The notes beneath the pieces are model-generated. The model saw only the letters and a program-made list of their open reading frames with translations, searched no databases and was not told where the DNA came from. A stretch of 64,000 bases of DNA from Gloeobacterales cyanobacterium (GTDB taxonomy: Bacteria; Cyanobacteriota; Cyanobacteriia; Gloeobacterales; PMM-0068): positions 1 to 64,000 of the forward strand of contig JBBRSB010000006.1 of the NCBI GenBank assembly GCA_038245785.1, given 5' to 3'. Made by a program: the position numbers and the translations under genes. Below are positions 20,416 through 30,702 of this stretch, piece after piece. How positions within the stretch are numbered: position 1 is the stretch's first letter; every line of letters starts with the position of its first letter.

Positions 20416-21003
20416 ATGATTGCTTCCTCACCTCAGATTTCAAAGGGCTTCCGCCGTGCTGTTCCCATGTTGGCAGCAGCCACAGCTACATTTTTTGCCC
20501 TCGCTATGATTACCGGACTTTTACTATCGGCAAACTTTGTTCCAGCTTTAACTCAGGCTCATTCTTCAACGGACATGATCACCAACGAGTTAAATGCAGG
20601 ATGGCTGGTCCGAGGCATTCATTGGTGGGCCTCGTCTCTGACTTTGGTTACCAGCATGCTTTTTACGGCTGTCGCCTATTGGTTTGGAGCCTATCGCGGA
20701 AATGCTCGCTGGCTCTGGTGGTCTGGTCTTATTGTCGGTCTAGCTCTCTTGGGCGCAAATGTGACGGGCTATTACTTGCCTATGGACCAGAACGCTTATT
20801 GGCGGTTAGTAATTGAAGCTAAGCTTTTTGGAGAAGTACCTGTCCTAGGGCCTGTCATTCAGAACTTTTTGCTCAACGGGATGACCGTCAATCCCCAAAC
20901 CGTGGTCCGCATAAACTGGCTACATACTTTGGTAATCCCGGTTCTGTGCATCGTGGCCTTTGCTTCTCATATTTACGCGGCTCGGAAGAACAATCTGCTG
21001 TGA
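20416..21003 (+). CDS. petB2: Cytochrome b6 paralog (PetB2-like)
   Basis: GWLVRGIHWW, W-x-SG, TGYYLPMDQNAYW, WLHTLVIP...H; four TM helices; no adjacent petD. Confidence 0.85.
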   Translation: MIASSPQISKGFRRAVPMLAAATATFFALAMITGLLLSANFVPALTQAHSSTDMITNELNAGWLVRGIHWWASSLTLVTSMLFTAVAYWFGAYRGNARWLWWSGLIVGLALLGANVTGYYLPMDQNAYWRLVIEAKLFGEVPVLGPVIQNFLLNGMTVNPQTVVRINWLHTLVIPVLCIVAFASHIYAARKNNLL

Positions 21004-22002
21004 GCGCGCTGTCCAGACTTTTTTCTTCAATACATTGACCCTCATCGTGTTAGCGCTGAGGGCTTTTTCTTGGAAAAGACCATAGGGACTCTGGCAGCGA
21101 CGAATATGAGCCACACGGGCCAGAGCTTCTGGGTTATATCTACGAGTCCACATAACCCATCTCCACGCACCATAGGTTAGCCAGCGGCTGGCTTTTTCTA
21201 ACAGCGGATGAGGAGGCAGAGAAGCATTCCTGAGCAAGGGAATAGCAATAATAGATTTGGAGGGCTGGGGCTCAAACAACTGAGGAAAGTATTCCTTGAG
21301 CCAGAGGTTATAGCCCAAAATGGCCTGGAAATAGCTTTCACCCCAAAGCGGTTTGCTCAAGAAAATTTCCAGCGCCATAGCGCTGTCATGCCGCGCAAAA
21401 GGCCGCACCTGATCGGCGGTCCAGATCACATTGACACTCATCAACTTGGGTAAAAGCGGTCGTTGGGTATGGGCATCCGTAGGGCGGTGACGATGGCGCA
21501 GGGAAAAACCAAGAGCCTGAAGATTTGCCTGAAGGTAGCTTGTATAGCGAGTTCCCGGCGCTACAAACAAGTTGAAATCTACATCATCAGAGTGAACAAA
21601 TCCGCCAGCACTCATAGACCCAGCCAAACAGACGGCACGGATCTGAGGCGTGCTTTGAACGAGTTCCCGCACATAGCGTTCTACTTCGGTCCAATATTGC
21701 TGTTGGTGTTCATGATGAAGAGCTTGGCGTTGGAGCGATTTAGCCAGTCGTTCAGGGGCAAAGTTGAGGGAATGGACCAAACCAGAGCTTATGGCCAAGT
21801 TGTCATTGTCTAAGACCGCTTCATAAACGCGCTCTTCAGGCTCTACTCCACCCATAAGCCACTCGGCCAAGGTTTTGAGAGGCAGGGCGTAACCTCGACG
21901 CTGAACCAATTTAACGGTGGCTTCTACCCTTTTACTAAGGGGGAGTTCAGAAAATCTAGTGCTCAAGGGAAGAGGGGGACAATCCCAGGATGGATGAGAC
22001 AC
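20920..22002 (-). CDS. Pol-beta-superfamily nucleotidyltransferase-domain protein
   Basis: LAGSMSAGGFVHSDDVDF (hGS...DxD) motif. Confidence 0.75.
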   Translation of the reverse strand: MSHPSWDCPPLPLSTRFSELPLSKRVEATVKLVQRRGYALPLKTLAEWLMGGVEPEERVYEAVLDNDNLAISSGLVHSLNFAPERLAKSLQRQALHHEHQQQYWTEVERYVRELVQSTPQIRAVCLAGSMSAGGFVHSDDVDFNLFVAPGTRYTSYLQANLQALGFSLRHRHRPTDAHTQRPLLPKLMSVNVIWTADQVRPFARHDSAMALEIFLSKPLWGESYFQAILGYNLWLKEYFPQLFEPQPSKSIIAIPLLRNASLPPHPLLEKASRWLTYGAWRWVMWTRRYNPEALARVAHIRRCQSPYGLFQEKALSANTMRVNVLKKKVWTARSQQIVLPSRVNMRSKGHDAQNRDYQSM

Positions 22003-22082
22003 CTAAACCTAACAGGGATTTGATCCCCCCGAAATGAAGCATAGAAGTTCTTAAGGGTTGAAAGAAGAACTTGCACCCTTGA

Positions 22083-22961
22083 CTACATATATGCTTCCAC
22101 CAGTCCGCTATTGATCGCTGCTTGCTCAGACGCAATATGCTGGCCCCAGTGGACACAAAGATTGATATTAAGCGGTGTGCTTTCGAAGGCTGGTGGAATT
22201 TCTCCGTCGTAGTTCACCAGGTGTTTATTTAAATTCTCCAAGCCCCAGCCTTTTACTTTCTCTAAGATCTGGTCATCGTAAGCCCGAGAGCGAATAGCGG
22301 CGAAGAAATCTATAGATTGCTTGGGGAAGCAGTTGAGCAATTGCTCAATATCTCGAATCGACAGTTGATCATCAGAGAAGAGGCTCTTCAGAATTTCTAC
22401 TTTTTCGTCATGGGTTGGATTCCAGAAGAATTTATTCATTCTTCCATCACGGGTTAAGGGATCGTAAAGCTTAGAAAAATCATTGCCTGTAACCAGAATC
22501 GGAATCCGGGGTAAGGGCGTCATATCATAGCTACCTGGCAGTTGAACATTGCTGGGATTATCAGCGATAGCCATGAGCGTAGCGTTGACTAACTGAGTAT
22601 TGACGGTGTATTGAGTCAGCCCACTCCAGCGACCAGCCCCCGCATCGATATCGTGAATCACTAAAACGGCCACTTTTCCCCGCACTTTGATCAGATCTGC
22701 GGCTTCTCGATAACGCAGTCGGATCAAGCGTCCGGGCTCTCCAGCATCAGGATTCTCCAATTCTCCCGCACCAATAAGAATAGCGTTAGCCCCTAAAGAC
22801 TTGAGAATCTCTTCGAGCATGAAGGACTTGCCTTGGCCCTTCGGTCCATGAATACCAAGCAGGAGAGGGACCTGGACTTTCGGCAGACGGGCAAAATTTT
22901 TGGCAATGTGGAGCGCGACCGCATCGCGGAATCGTTCGGGAATAAAGTAGTCCGTAGTCAT
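22083..22961 (-). CDS. rca: Rubisco activase-like AAA+ protein (no C-terminal RbcS-like domain)
   Basis: LGIHGPKGQGKS Walker A, AGEPGRLIRLRYREAA, DIDAGAGR, TQYTVNTQLV, TGNDFSKLYxPLxRDGRM. Confidence 0.9.
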   Translation of the reverse strand: MTTDYFIPERFRDAVALHIAKNFARLPKVQVPLLLGIHGPKGQGKSFMLEEILKSLGANAILIGAGELENPDAGEPGRLIRLRYREAADLIKVRGKVAVLVIHDIDAGAGRWSGLTQYTVNTQLVNATLMAIADNPSNVQLPGSYDMTPLPRIPILVTGNDFSKLYDPLTRDGRMNKFFWNPTHDEKVEILKSLFSDDQLSIRDIEQLLNCFPKQSIDFFAAIRSRAYDDQILEKVKGWGLENLNKHLVNYDGEIPPAFESTPLNINLCVHWGQHIASEQAAINSGLVEAYM

Positions 22962-23067
22962 GAAGCACTCAGGATGGCGTTTACATAGATTGTGGCATTT
23001 TATGACTCCATGCCCGCTGGCTAAAGAGCATTCAGATTGAGGTCGTTTCTCTTCCCAAGAGCTACAT

Positions 23068-24864
23068 TTAAGGTTCTCGCCACAGTTCTTGCAAACGCTC
23101 TAAAGCACCCTGACCTAAAGATTTTTCCAGTTCTGGTTTCAGTTCTTCCAAAAGTCTGGCAAAGGCTTCTTCACCGATTTTTCCTTGGAGTACGGTCAAT
23201 AGACCACGGGCCCTTCGTTGCCCTGTTGCTTTGAGACTGGCCAATAGGCTTAAGGCCTGTGCCGCCCGCAGAACGGACGCTGGATACTGTTCCAAAGCTT
23301 TATAGACTTCTGCCATTAGTAGCAAGTTCTGGGCTCCAGAGCGAAAATCCCCCAAGCGTTGCGCTAAGTCTAGGCTTCTCTCTAGATAGATGAGCGCTTC
23401 GCCGGGACGCTCCATCTCCAAATAGACCGAACCCAAGCCTGTCAAAGCTAAAACCATACAAGAAGGATCGTCTAAATTTTGGGCCGTTTCCAAACTGCGT
23501 TCCAGCAGTTCTAGCGCTTCGGGATAGCGATACACCGCTCCTAGAGCTTGTCCGAGATGGGCTTTGATATAGGCTTCTCCTCTTGGGTCTCCCACCATGC
23601 GCACCAGAACCAAGGCCCGCTCATGGAGGGTAATTGCTTCACGGGCCTGTCCCGCATCTTGCAGAATACAGCCTAAGTTCGTGGTGCAGGCTGCTTCCGT
23701 CGCTGAATCTTGAGCCTCCTGACTCCAGGTAATCGCTCGTTCCAGAAAACTCTTGGCCTCTTCCGTTCGTCCCGCAAAACGGAAGGTGAAGCCTAGGAGG
23801 TTATAAATCTTGGCCATATCTGCACTCCCCACCGTTTCTCGAAGCGGCTCTGCCAAATGGGCAATTGCTTCACCGACAGCACCGCCACTCAAACTCAAGA
23901 GAATTAGGCCATAGCGGGGGAAATAACTGCGTTGAGCAAAGCTACGCAGAATGTAAAGCGCCACTTGAAAAGCAGATGCAGAGAAGGCAGGATTGCTGCT
24001 TTGCAGATAAAAAGCCAGTTCAGACCAAATACTGATGATGGTTAAAAACGTAGAAACGGCTAGACGCTCCGTCTCTTTCTCATTCATTACACGCTGGTCA
24101 AAGACTTCGAGCAAGGTAAATTCGGTATAGCGCAACAGGAGAGACAGTTCTACCCAACTTTTCAGATCGATCTGATTGCCATAGACCCCAACAAAATTTT
24201 GGACTTCACTACGGTCCAAAGCTTCAAACAAAGCACGATTCAAAGGATGAGAAAAGCCTTGAGACCAGCTACGCCAGGGACTAGGTGGTAAAGCAAAGCT
24301 CATGCGCGGCGTCTGGGGTTCATAGATCCAGGTGAGCACGCTGCGCTGCACTTCCTCTGCTGCTTGAATACCGTCTGCTAGTCCAGCTGCCAATTGATCC
24401 AGCGCCGTAAACTTCGCAGGGTCTTCCTGGAGGGCCTGCGCTTTTTGTTTAAGCAGTTTGGAAAGTTCTAGTAGACGTCCAGGCGTTTGAAAATTAAGTT
24501 CTGGACTAATTTGAGGATCCAGGGCATTAAAAAGAGTGACTAATTCTTGCCCCGTATCGCTTTCAGCGAGTTGTTTCACCAAAGCCCGCAAACCCCGTTC
24601 CTGTTGGACTTTGGCTTTGAGCTTATGCCAGGTCTTCAGAATTTTGTCTAGGGTCAGTTGACTGGGAACCCGTTTTTTCTTGGGTCCTTCGTAGGCCCGT
24701 TCCGCTTCCGGAATCGCCCCACTGGCAAAACGGATCAAATATTCCTCAAACCCTTCAGGGTCTTCGAGTAGGGCGCGTTGGAGCAATCGCTCAATCGCTT
24801 CCGGAGACATCGCCTCCGCACAGGCATAGATGATATTTTTGTAAGCCTGAATGGTTTCGCTCAT
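23068..24864 (-). CDS. Tetratricopeptide-repeat protein
   Basis: Five or so C-terminal TPR-like repeats (NLG...A...ERAL). Confidence 0.85.
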   Translation of the reverse strand: MSETIQAYKNIIYACAEAMSPEAIERLLQRALLEDPEGFEEYLIRFASGAIPEAERAYEGPKKKRVPSQLTLDKILKTWHKLKAKVQQERGLRALVKQLAESDTGQELVTLFNALDPQISPELNFQTPGRLLELSKLLKQKAQALQEDPAKFTALDQLAAGLADGIQAAEEVQRSVLTWIYEPQTPRMSFALPPSPWRSWSQGFSHPLNRALFEALDRSEVQNFVGVYGNQIDLKSWVELSLLLRYTEFTLLEVFDQRVMNEKETERLAVSTFLTIISIWSELAFYLQSSNPAFSASAFQVALYILRSFAQRSYFPRYGLILLSLSGGAVGEAIAHLAEPLRETVGSADMAKIYNLLGFTFRFAGRTEEAKSFLERAITWSQEAQDSATEAACTTNLGCILQDAGQAREAITLHERALVLVRMVGDPRGEAYIKAHLGQALGAVYRYPEALELLERSLETAQNLDDPSCMVLALTGLGSVYLEMERPGEALIYLERSLDLAQRLGDFRSGAQNLLLMAEVYKALEQYPASVLRAAQALSLLASLKATGQRRARGLLTVLQGKIGEEAFARLLEELKPELEKSLGQGALERLQELWREP

Positions 24865-25183
24865 GCGCCCGAAGAAATTAGGAGTTTCATCATCCTAGCT
24901 GCTCATCACCTCTTCATACCTAGGGCAAAGCTAATGAAAGTATTTTGGACCTAGAATTAGCGCACTGATATCAGAAAAAACCAGAAAACCCTCAGCAGAT
25001 ATTGCTCTCAGCGCATTTGGATTAGGTTAAGAATTTTTGCAAAATCGGGGCTAACCAAACTCAACGTCCGAGTATGCATAGAGTTCAGCCTCCAACCTGC
25101 AAATACGTCATGCAGCAAGAGGATTTCAAGAACCACCGTACAATACGGTCCATGTTTTGCTCCGCTATCCGCGAAGGGACACT

Positions 25184-28100
25184 ATGTTAGCTCAAATGCC
25201 TTCTTTGACCGTCAGCCGCATCCAGCCTGAACAGTTGAATGGTCGCACCTTGGTCAAATTGGTTTATGTTGTGCTTGAGCCCCAATATCAAAGCGCTGTA
25301 GCAGCAGGGGCTGAAAATATTAACCGGCAAGATAAGCATGTTGCGATGGACGTGCGGGGGTACTTAATTGAAGAACTGCGCGACCCCGAACGCTATGAAG
25401 AATTCAAACGGGATGTAGCCGAAGCCGATATTTTCTTCGCTTCTATGATTTTCATGGAAGACTATGCCAACAAAATTGTGGATGCGGTCAAACCGTATAT
25501 GGACAACATTAAGTCCTCGGTTATCTTCCCTTCTATGCCCCAAGTGATGCGCCTCTCGAAAGTAGGCGCTTTCAGCATGGGAGCGATGGGTCAGTCCAAG
25601 AGTGCCATCGGCAAGTTCATGAAAGCACGGAAAGAGGCTTCCAAGAATAAGCGAGGCGGCAGCTTCCAGGAAGGAATGCTGAAAATGGTTCAGACCCTAC
25701 CGAAGATTCTCAAATATCTGCCCGTAGAAAAAGCGCAAGATGCCCGCAACTTCATGCTCAGCTACCAGTATTGGCTGGGTGGTTCTCCAGAAAACATGGA
25801 AAACCTGCTGCGGATGCACATCCACCACTACATCGTGGGCGAAAAGGTTACCTTCCAGCCTCCAATCCAGTTTCCAGACATCGGCATCTGGCATCCTTTA
25901 GCGACCCAGATGTTCACCGATATTGCGGAATACCAAAACTGGTACAATCGCCGCCCTGATATTAGCGAAGACCTGAAAGACCCTCTGGCCCCCACTCTTG
26001 GCCTAATCCTGCAGCGTACGCATCTGGTTACCGGAGACGATGGTCACTATGTGGCGATGGTTGAAGAAATAGAGTCCCGTGGCGCACGGGTGATTCCAGT
26101 ATTTGCTGGAGGACTAGACGCCTCCAAGCCCGTAGAAGCCTACTTCTATAACAGCAATGGCCGCGTTCTTGTAGATACCGTAGTTTCCTTAACGGGCTTT
26201 TCCCTGGTCGGTGGTCCGGCTAAGAATGACCCTGAGGCCGCGATTGAGTCGATGAAGAAGCTCAACCGTCCTTATATTTGTGCGCTGCCTTTGGTTTTCC
26301 AAACCACGGATGATTGGGAAGGGGCTGACCTTGGTTTGCACCCTGTCCAGGTAGCACTACAAGTGGCTCTGCCTGAACTAGATGGAGCAATTGAGCCGAT
26401 TATTCTCTCCGGAAGAGATGGAGTTACTGGCAAAGCAATTCCCATCGCAGACCGGATTGAATTGGTCGCGGCACGGGCGCTCAAATGGGCCAATCTGCGG
26501 AAGAAGCCTCGCCTCGAGAAGAAAGTTGGGATTACAGTCTTCAGCTTCCCTCCTGATAAAGGCAATGTTGGAACCGCAGCCTATCTGGATGTGTTTGCTT
26601 CCATTCACAACGTTCTCAAGTCCTTGAAAGAGAATGGCTATGACGTACAGGGCGTACCCGAGACTTCTCATGAACTACTTCTAGAAGTGCTCAACGACGT
26701 AAATGCCAAAATCAAATCTCAAAGCCTAAGCGTGGCCGCCAAAATGACGGTTCGTGAGTATGAGGAATTAACGCCTCACTACGAAGGTATTCAAAATGCT
26801 TGGGGACCGGCTCCTGGACCGTTCAATACAGATGGTACGAACGTCCTCGTCTACGGTAAGCACTACGGCAAGATTTTCATCGGCGTGCAGCCTAGCTTCG
26901 GCTATGAAGGCGACCCCATGCGCCTGATGTTCTCCAAGTCCTGCGCCCCTCACCATGGTTTTGCCGCCTACTACACCTATGTAGAGAAAATCTGGGGAGC
27001 CGATGCGGTTATCCACTTTGGCACCCACGGCGCGCTAGAATTCATGCCTGGCAAACAGATGGGCATGTCCTCAACTTGCTATCCCGACCGTTTGATTGGG
27101 ACCCTACCCAACCTCTACTACTACTCGGTCAACAACCCCTCAGAAGCGACGATTGCCAAACGCCGCAGCTATGCCAGCACGGTTAGCTATCTGACACCTC
27201 CCGCTGAAAATGCAGGACTCTACAAGGGCCTGAAGGAATTACAGGGTCTGATCGCTTCCTATAAGGACCTCCGTCAGACCGAAAAGGCAGTAGGCATTAC
27301 TGAAACGATTGTCGAACAGGTCAAGGCCGTCAATCTGGACAACGATGTGCCCATCCCCGCTAGCTTCAACAGCAAAGAAGCGCGCGATGAGTTCGTCGGC
27401 AAAGTCTACAAGTTCCTAATGGAAATTGAAGACCGTTTAGTGCCCTGTGACCTTCACGTTGTTGGGACCCCACCAACGGCGATGGAAGTGATTGATACCC
27501 TCTGTGGTGTTGCTAGCTTCGACCGCCCTGAAGACAACGACATGAAGGGACTGCAGCGGATGCTGGCCGAGCATAAAGGACTGGACATTGAGAACCTCCA
27601 GCGTCAAGCCGCAGGCGGCAGTATTGAAGCCCTTGATAAACTCCGGGAATTCAATAACATTGCTAAAGCAGCCGTCACTGCGCTGGTTCAAGCCCAAGCC
27701 GATGTCAAAGGCCGGGTCTCCCGCGTCTCCCTGATGAACTTCTTTAATATGGGAACTACAGAGCCTTGGATCGAGGGACTTAAGAATGCCGGCTATGACA
27801 TTGAGGCCAAGGAACTGCGTCCCCTGTTTACCTATCTGGAAGATGTGCTAACGCGCATTGTTTCAGACAATGAGCTGGGCGCTTTGATTAAAGGACTGGA
27901 AGGGGAATATACGCTCCCTGGTCCTGGTGGAGACACCGTGCGCAACCCCATGGTTCTACCTACGGGCAAGAATATTCATGCGCTGGATCCACAGTCGATT
28001 CCGACGGCCGCCGCGATCAAATCGGCACAGTTGGTTGTAGACCGCATGCTGGCCCGTCACCGTGCAGAGAATGATGGCAACTGGCCTGAAACCATTGCCT

Positions 28101-29176
28101 GTGTCCTCTGGGGTACGGACAACATCAAGACCTATGGTGAAGCGCTGGCTCAGATTCTCTATCTGTTGGGCGTGAAGCCAGTTCCTGATTCGATTGGTCG
28201 GATGAATTGCATCGAAATCATCCCTTTGACTCAGTTAGGCCGTCCCCGCATCGATACGGTTGTCACCTGCTCTGGTATTTTCCGCGACCTGTTCCCCAAC
28301 CAAATGGAACTGATCGACAAAGCGGTCAAACTAGCGGCTGAACAGGATGAACCAGAGCACTTCAACTTTGTCCGCAAGCACGCCGTCGCTCAAGCTGAAG
28401 AATTGGGAATTACCACTCGTCAAGCAGCGACCCGTGTCTTCTCCAACGCCTCTGGTTCCTACGCGGCCAACGTCAACTTCGCCGTAGAAAATGGCTCCTG
28501 GGAAACGGAAGAACAGCTCCACGAGATGTATCTCTCCCGTAAGTCCTTTGCCTTCGGAACAGATGTTAACAACGAGCAGCAGCGGGCCGTGTATGAAGCA
28601 GCGCTGAAAACGGTAGATACCACCTTCCAAAATCTGGATTCCAACGAAACCAGCATCACGGATGTGGACCACTATTTTGACTACCTCGGTTCGGTAACTG
28701 GGGTCGTTGAAAAGATGCGCGGCAAGCGTCCCTCGGTCTACATGGCTGATACCACTTCTGCTCAGGCTAAGATCCGCTCGATTGAAGAGATGATCCGCTT
28801 GGATTCACGCACTAAGATGCTCAACCCCAAGTGGTATGAAGGCATGCTCAAGCATGGCTACGAGGGGGTTCGTGAGATCCAGTACCGTTTGACCCATACC
28901 TTCGGTTGGTCTGCTACAGCCCATGCGGTAGATGGTTGGGTCTACGACGAAACTGCCAACACTTATATGAATGATAAGGAAATGGCGGAACGTCTGAAAG
29001 ACCTCAACCCCAATGCTTTCCGCAAGATGGTTGGGGTACTGCTAGAGGCCAATGGTCGCGGCTACTGGGAAACCTCTGCTGAACAAGTAGAGAAACTCCA
29101 GGAACTCTACCAGGATCTAGAAGACCGGATTGAAGGAATTGATGAACCCGTTGCTGCTAAAGGCTTCGGATTCTAA
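25184..29176 (+). CDS. chlH: Magnesium chelatase subunit H
   Basis: VYVVLEPQYQS, HFGTHGALEFMPGKQ, LPTGKNIHALDP, LNPKWYEGML; ATG at 25184 (track starts at TTG 25157). Confidence 0.97.
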   Translation: MLAQMPSLTVSRIQPEQLNGRTLVKLVYVVLEPQYQSAVAAGAENINRQDKHVAMDVRGYLIEELRDPERYEEFKRDVAEADIFFASMIFMEDYANKIVDAVKPYMDNIKSSVIFPSMPQVMRLSKVGAFSMGAMGQSKSAIGKFMKARKEASKNKRGGSFQEGMLKMVQTLPKILKYLPVEKAQDARNFMLSYQYWLGGSPENMENLLRMHIHHYIVGEKVTFQPPIQFPDIGIWHPLATQMFTDIAEYQNWYNRRPDISEDLKDPLAPTLGLILQRTHLVTGDDGHYVAMVEEIESRGARVIPVFAGGLDASKPVEAYFYNSNGRVLVDTVVSLTGFSLVGGPAKNDPEAAIESMKKLNRPYICALPLVFQTTDDWEGADLGLHPVQVALQVALPELDGAIEPIILSGRDGVTGKAIPIADRIELVAARALKWANLRKKPRLEKKVGITVFSFPPDKGNVGTAAYLDVFASIHNVLKSLKENGYDVQGVPETSHELLLEVLNDVNAKIKSQSLSVAAKMTVREYEELTPHYEGIQNAWGPAPGPFNTDGTNVLVYGKHYGKIFIGVQPSFGYEGDPMRLMFSKSCAPHHGFAAYYTYVEKIWGADAVIHFGTHGALEFMPGKQMGMSSTCYPDRLIGTLPNLYYYSVNNPSEATIAKRRSYASTVSYLTPPAENAGLYKGLKELQGLIASYKDLRQTEKAVGITETIVEQVKAVNLDNDVPIPASFNSKEARDEFVGKVYKFLMEIEDRLVPCDLHVVGTPPTAMEVIDTLCGVASFDRPEDNDMKGLQRMLAEHKGLDIENLQRQAAGGSIEALDKLREFNNIAKAAVTALVQAQADVKGRVSRVSLMNFFNMGTTEPWIEGLKNAGYDIEAKELRPLFTYLEDVLTRIVSDNELGALIKGLEGEYTLPGPGGDTVRNPMVLPTGKNIHALDPQSIPTAAAIKSAQLVVDRMLARHRAENDGNWPETIACVLWGTDNIKTYGEALAQILYLLGVKPVPDSIGRMNCIEIIPLTQLGRPRIDTVVTCSGIFRDLFPNQMELIDKAVKLAAEQDEPEHFNFVRKHAVAQAEELGITTRQAATRVFSNASGSYAANVNFAVENGSWETEEQLHEMYLSRKSFAFGTDVNNEQQRAVYEAALKTVDTTFQNLDSNETSITDVDHYFDYLGSVTGVVEKMRGKRPSVYMADTTSAQAKIRSIEEMIRLDSRTKMLNPKWYEGMLKHGYEGVREIQYRLTHTFGWSATAHAVDGWVYDETANTYMNDKEMAERLKDLNPNAFRKMVGVLLEANGRGYWETSAEQVEKLQELYQDLEDRIEGIDEPVAAKGFGF

Positions 29177-29195
29177 GGTTCTCTGATTGATGAAT

Positions 29196-29230
29196 AAAAA
29201 CCCAGGTTCTAGATAGGACCTGGGTTTTTT
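29196..29230 (+). terminator. Intrinsic (probably bidirectional) terminator after chlH
   Basis: AAAAACCCAGGTTCT-AGAT-AGGACCTGGGTTTTTT. Confidence 0.9.
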
Positions 29231-29477
29231 AATAGGTAATAATGGTTTCATTTGCTCTAGGTTCCATAAGTATATTCGTCATGGCGAATTTAGGCGCAAA
29301 TAAAAAACCGACGAAGACCCGCCGCTAATGTTGAGAACTTCCTTACACCTGTAATAGCTTTTCAACAGCCCAAGTTGTGATTTTTAGTTGGAAGGAACCA
29401 AAGCAACGCGCCTGTGCGTCCAGTTCTCTCTGTAAGGGAAAACCTTGCGCCTGCTTTTGGACCTGAGGAATTAAGCT

Positions 29478-30206
29478 GTGAATCGTCTTATCCCTGCCTT
29501 TCTATCCGTACTCGTTGTTTCCCAAATATCGGCAGTCCAAGCGCAAACCTTAGACGCCCAACAGATACTGGATAAAGCCAAACAAGCAGCGGGTGGGGAT
29601 GCTTGGGACAAAGTGCGAACCCTCTATAGCAAAGGGAAATCTAAGATCTCTGGCGTAGACGCGGACCGAGATGAATGGATAGACCTACAAAGGCTCCGCT
29701 ATGCAGAGAAGTTGCATTATGGTCCTATCTCTGGAGGACTTGGATTTGATGGTAAAGCAGCTTGGGGAAAGGAGCCTAACAAGCCGACCGTAACCATGTC
29801 ATCAGGTGATTTCTACAAGGGCCAGATTACCAGTACGGTCCTTAGAAGCTATGCCTATTGGTTTCCTAAACGTTGGGAGACAAAAACTGAATATAAAGGG
29901 CAGCAGGCAGATGGAGAGAAACAGTTCCAAGTAGTCCAAGTCTCTCCCAAAAACGGATCATCTATCGAATTATGGTTCGACAGCAAAACATACTTACTGT
30001 CCAGGATGAAAGGAATAGGGGCTAAAGCCTTCCTTGTATATTTATCTGATTATCGCGATGTGAACGGATTGAAAATCCCCTTTTTCCTCACCCAAAAGAA
30101 AGAGAACGGAGATGTAAAACTTGAAGAAGTTCAGGTTAACAAGCTCGTCACCAATGAGCAATATGAGGCTCCTTCTGAAACCTCGAAAAGTAACAAGAAA
30201 GGGTAG
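29478..30206 (+). CDS. Secreted hypothetical protein (beta-rich, lipoprotein-sorting-like)
   Basis: RBS GAGGA; signal peptide ending VQA; A-x-GG-x-AW, G-F-D-G-K-x-x-W, LWFD, SDYRxVNGLxIPF. Confidence 0.75.
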   Translation: MNRLIPAFLSVLVVSQISAVQAQTLDAQQILDKAKQAAGGDAWDKVRTLYSKGKSKISGVDADRDEWIDLQRLRYAEKLHYGPISGGLGFDGKAAWGKEPNKPTVTMSSGDFYKGQITSTVLRSYAYWFPKRWETKTEYKGQQADGEKQFQVVQVSPKNGSSIELWFDSKTYLLSRMKGIGAKAFLVYLSDYRDVNGLKIPFFLTQKKENGDVKLEEVQVNKLVTNEQYEAPSETSKSNKKG

Positions 30207-30668
30207 TTAGCTTTTCTGGAGTTGTTTGACGATTTTGAGGGCTTCGTCCACGTGCCCCTGAAAATTGAGCTGAGAGGAGAACATATGTTTGACGACCCCT
30301 TCTTGGTCGATAACATAAGTCACCCGGCCTGGGAGAATCCCCAACGTAGAAGGAACGCCAAACAGCTTTCTGACTTTATTTCCTTCATCACTCAAAAGAA
30401 TAAAGGGCAAGCGATGATTGGCTGCAAAACTTTTATGGGAATTCACAGAGTCCCCGCTAATACCCATTACCTCGGCACCTGCTTCTTTAAAAACTTCGTA
30501 GTTGTCCCGGAAAGCACAAGATTCGGCTGTACAGCCAGGCGTTTCATCTTTGGGATAGAAGTAGACAATTACAGCCTTCTTGCCTACAAAGCTCCCCAGA
30601 CTGACAGACTCACCAGACTGCGAGGAGAGGGTAAAGTCTGGGGCTTTCTGACCGACTTGAACTGCCAT
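30207..30668 (-). CDS. bcp: Peroxiredoxin Q / BCP
   Basis: YFYPKDETPGCTAESCAFRD. Confidence 0.95.
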   Translation of the reverse strand: MAVQVGQKAPDFTLSSQSGESVSLGSFVGKKAVIVYFYPKDETPGCTAESCAFRDNYEVFKEAGAEVMGISGDSVNSHKSFAANHRLPFILLSDEGNKVRKLFGVPSTLGILPGRVTYVIDQEGVVKHMFSSQLNFQGHVDEALKIVKQLQKS

Positions 30669-30702
30669 GAGTACACTTTCGTTACATTACTTCAATTTTA
30701 GC

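Noticed and set aside
20920..24864. NTase + AAA+ ATPase + TPR genes as a CBASS-like defence operon
   Set aside because: The AAA+ protein is clearly Rubisco-activase-like; there is no HORMA, E1/E2/JAB or effector gene and no recognisable CD-NTase features beyond GS/DxD.
30222..30701. 159-aa + strand ORF, and the many other 60-135-aa ORFs nested in or antisense to larger genes
   Set aside because: They shadow genes with clear family motifs (here bcp) and have no motifs of their own.
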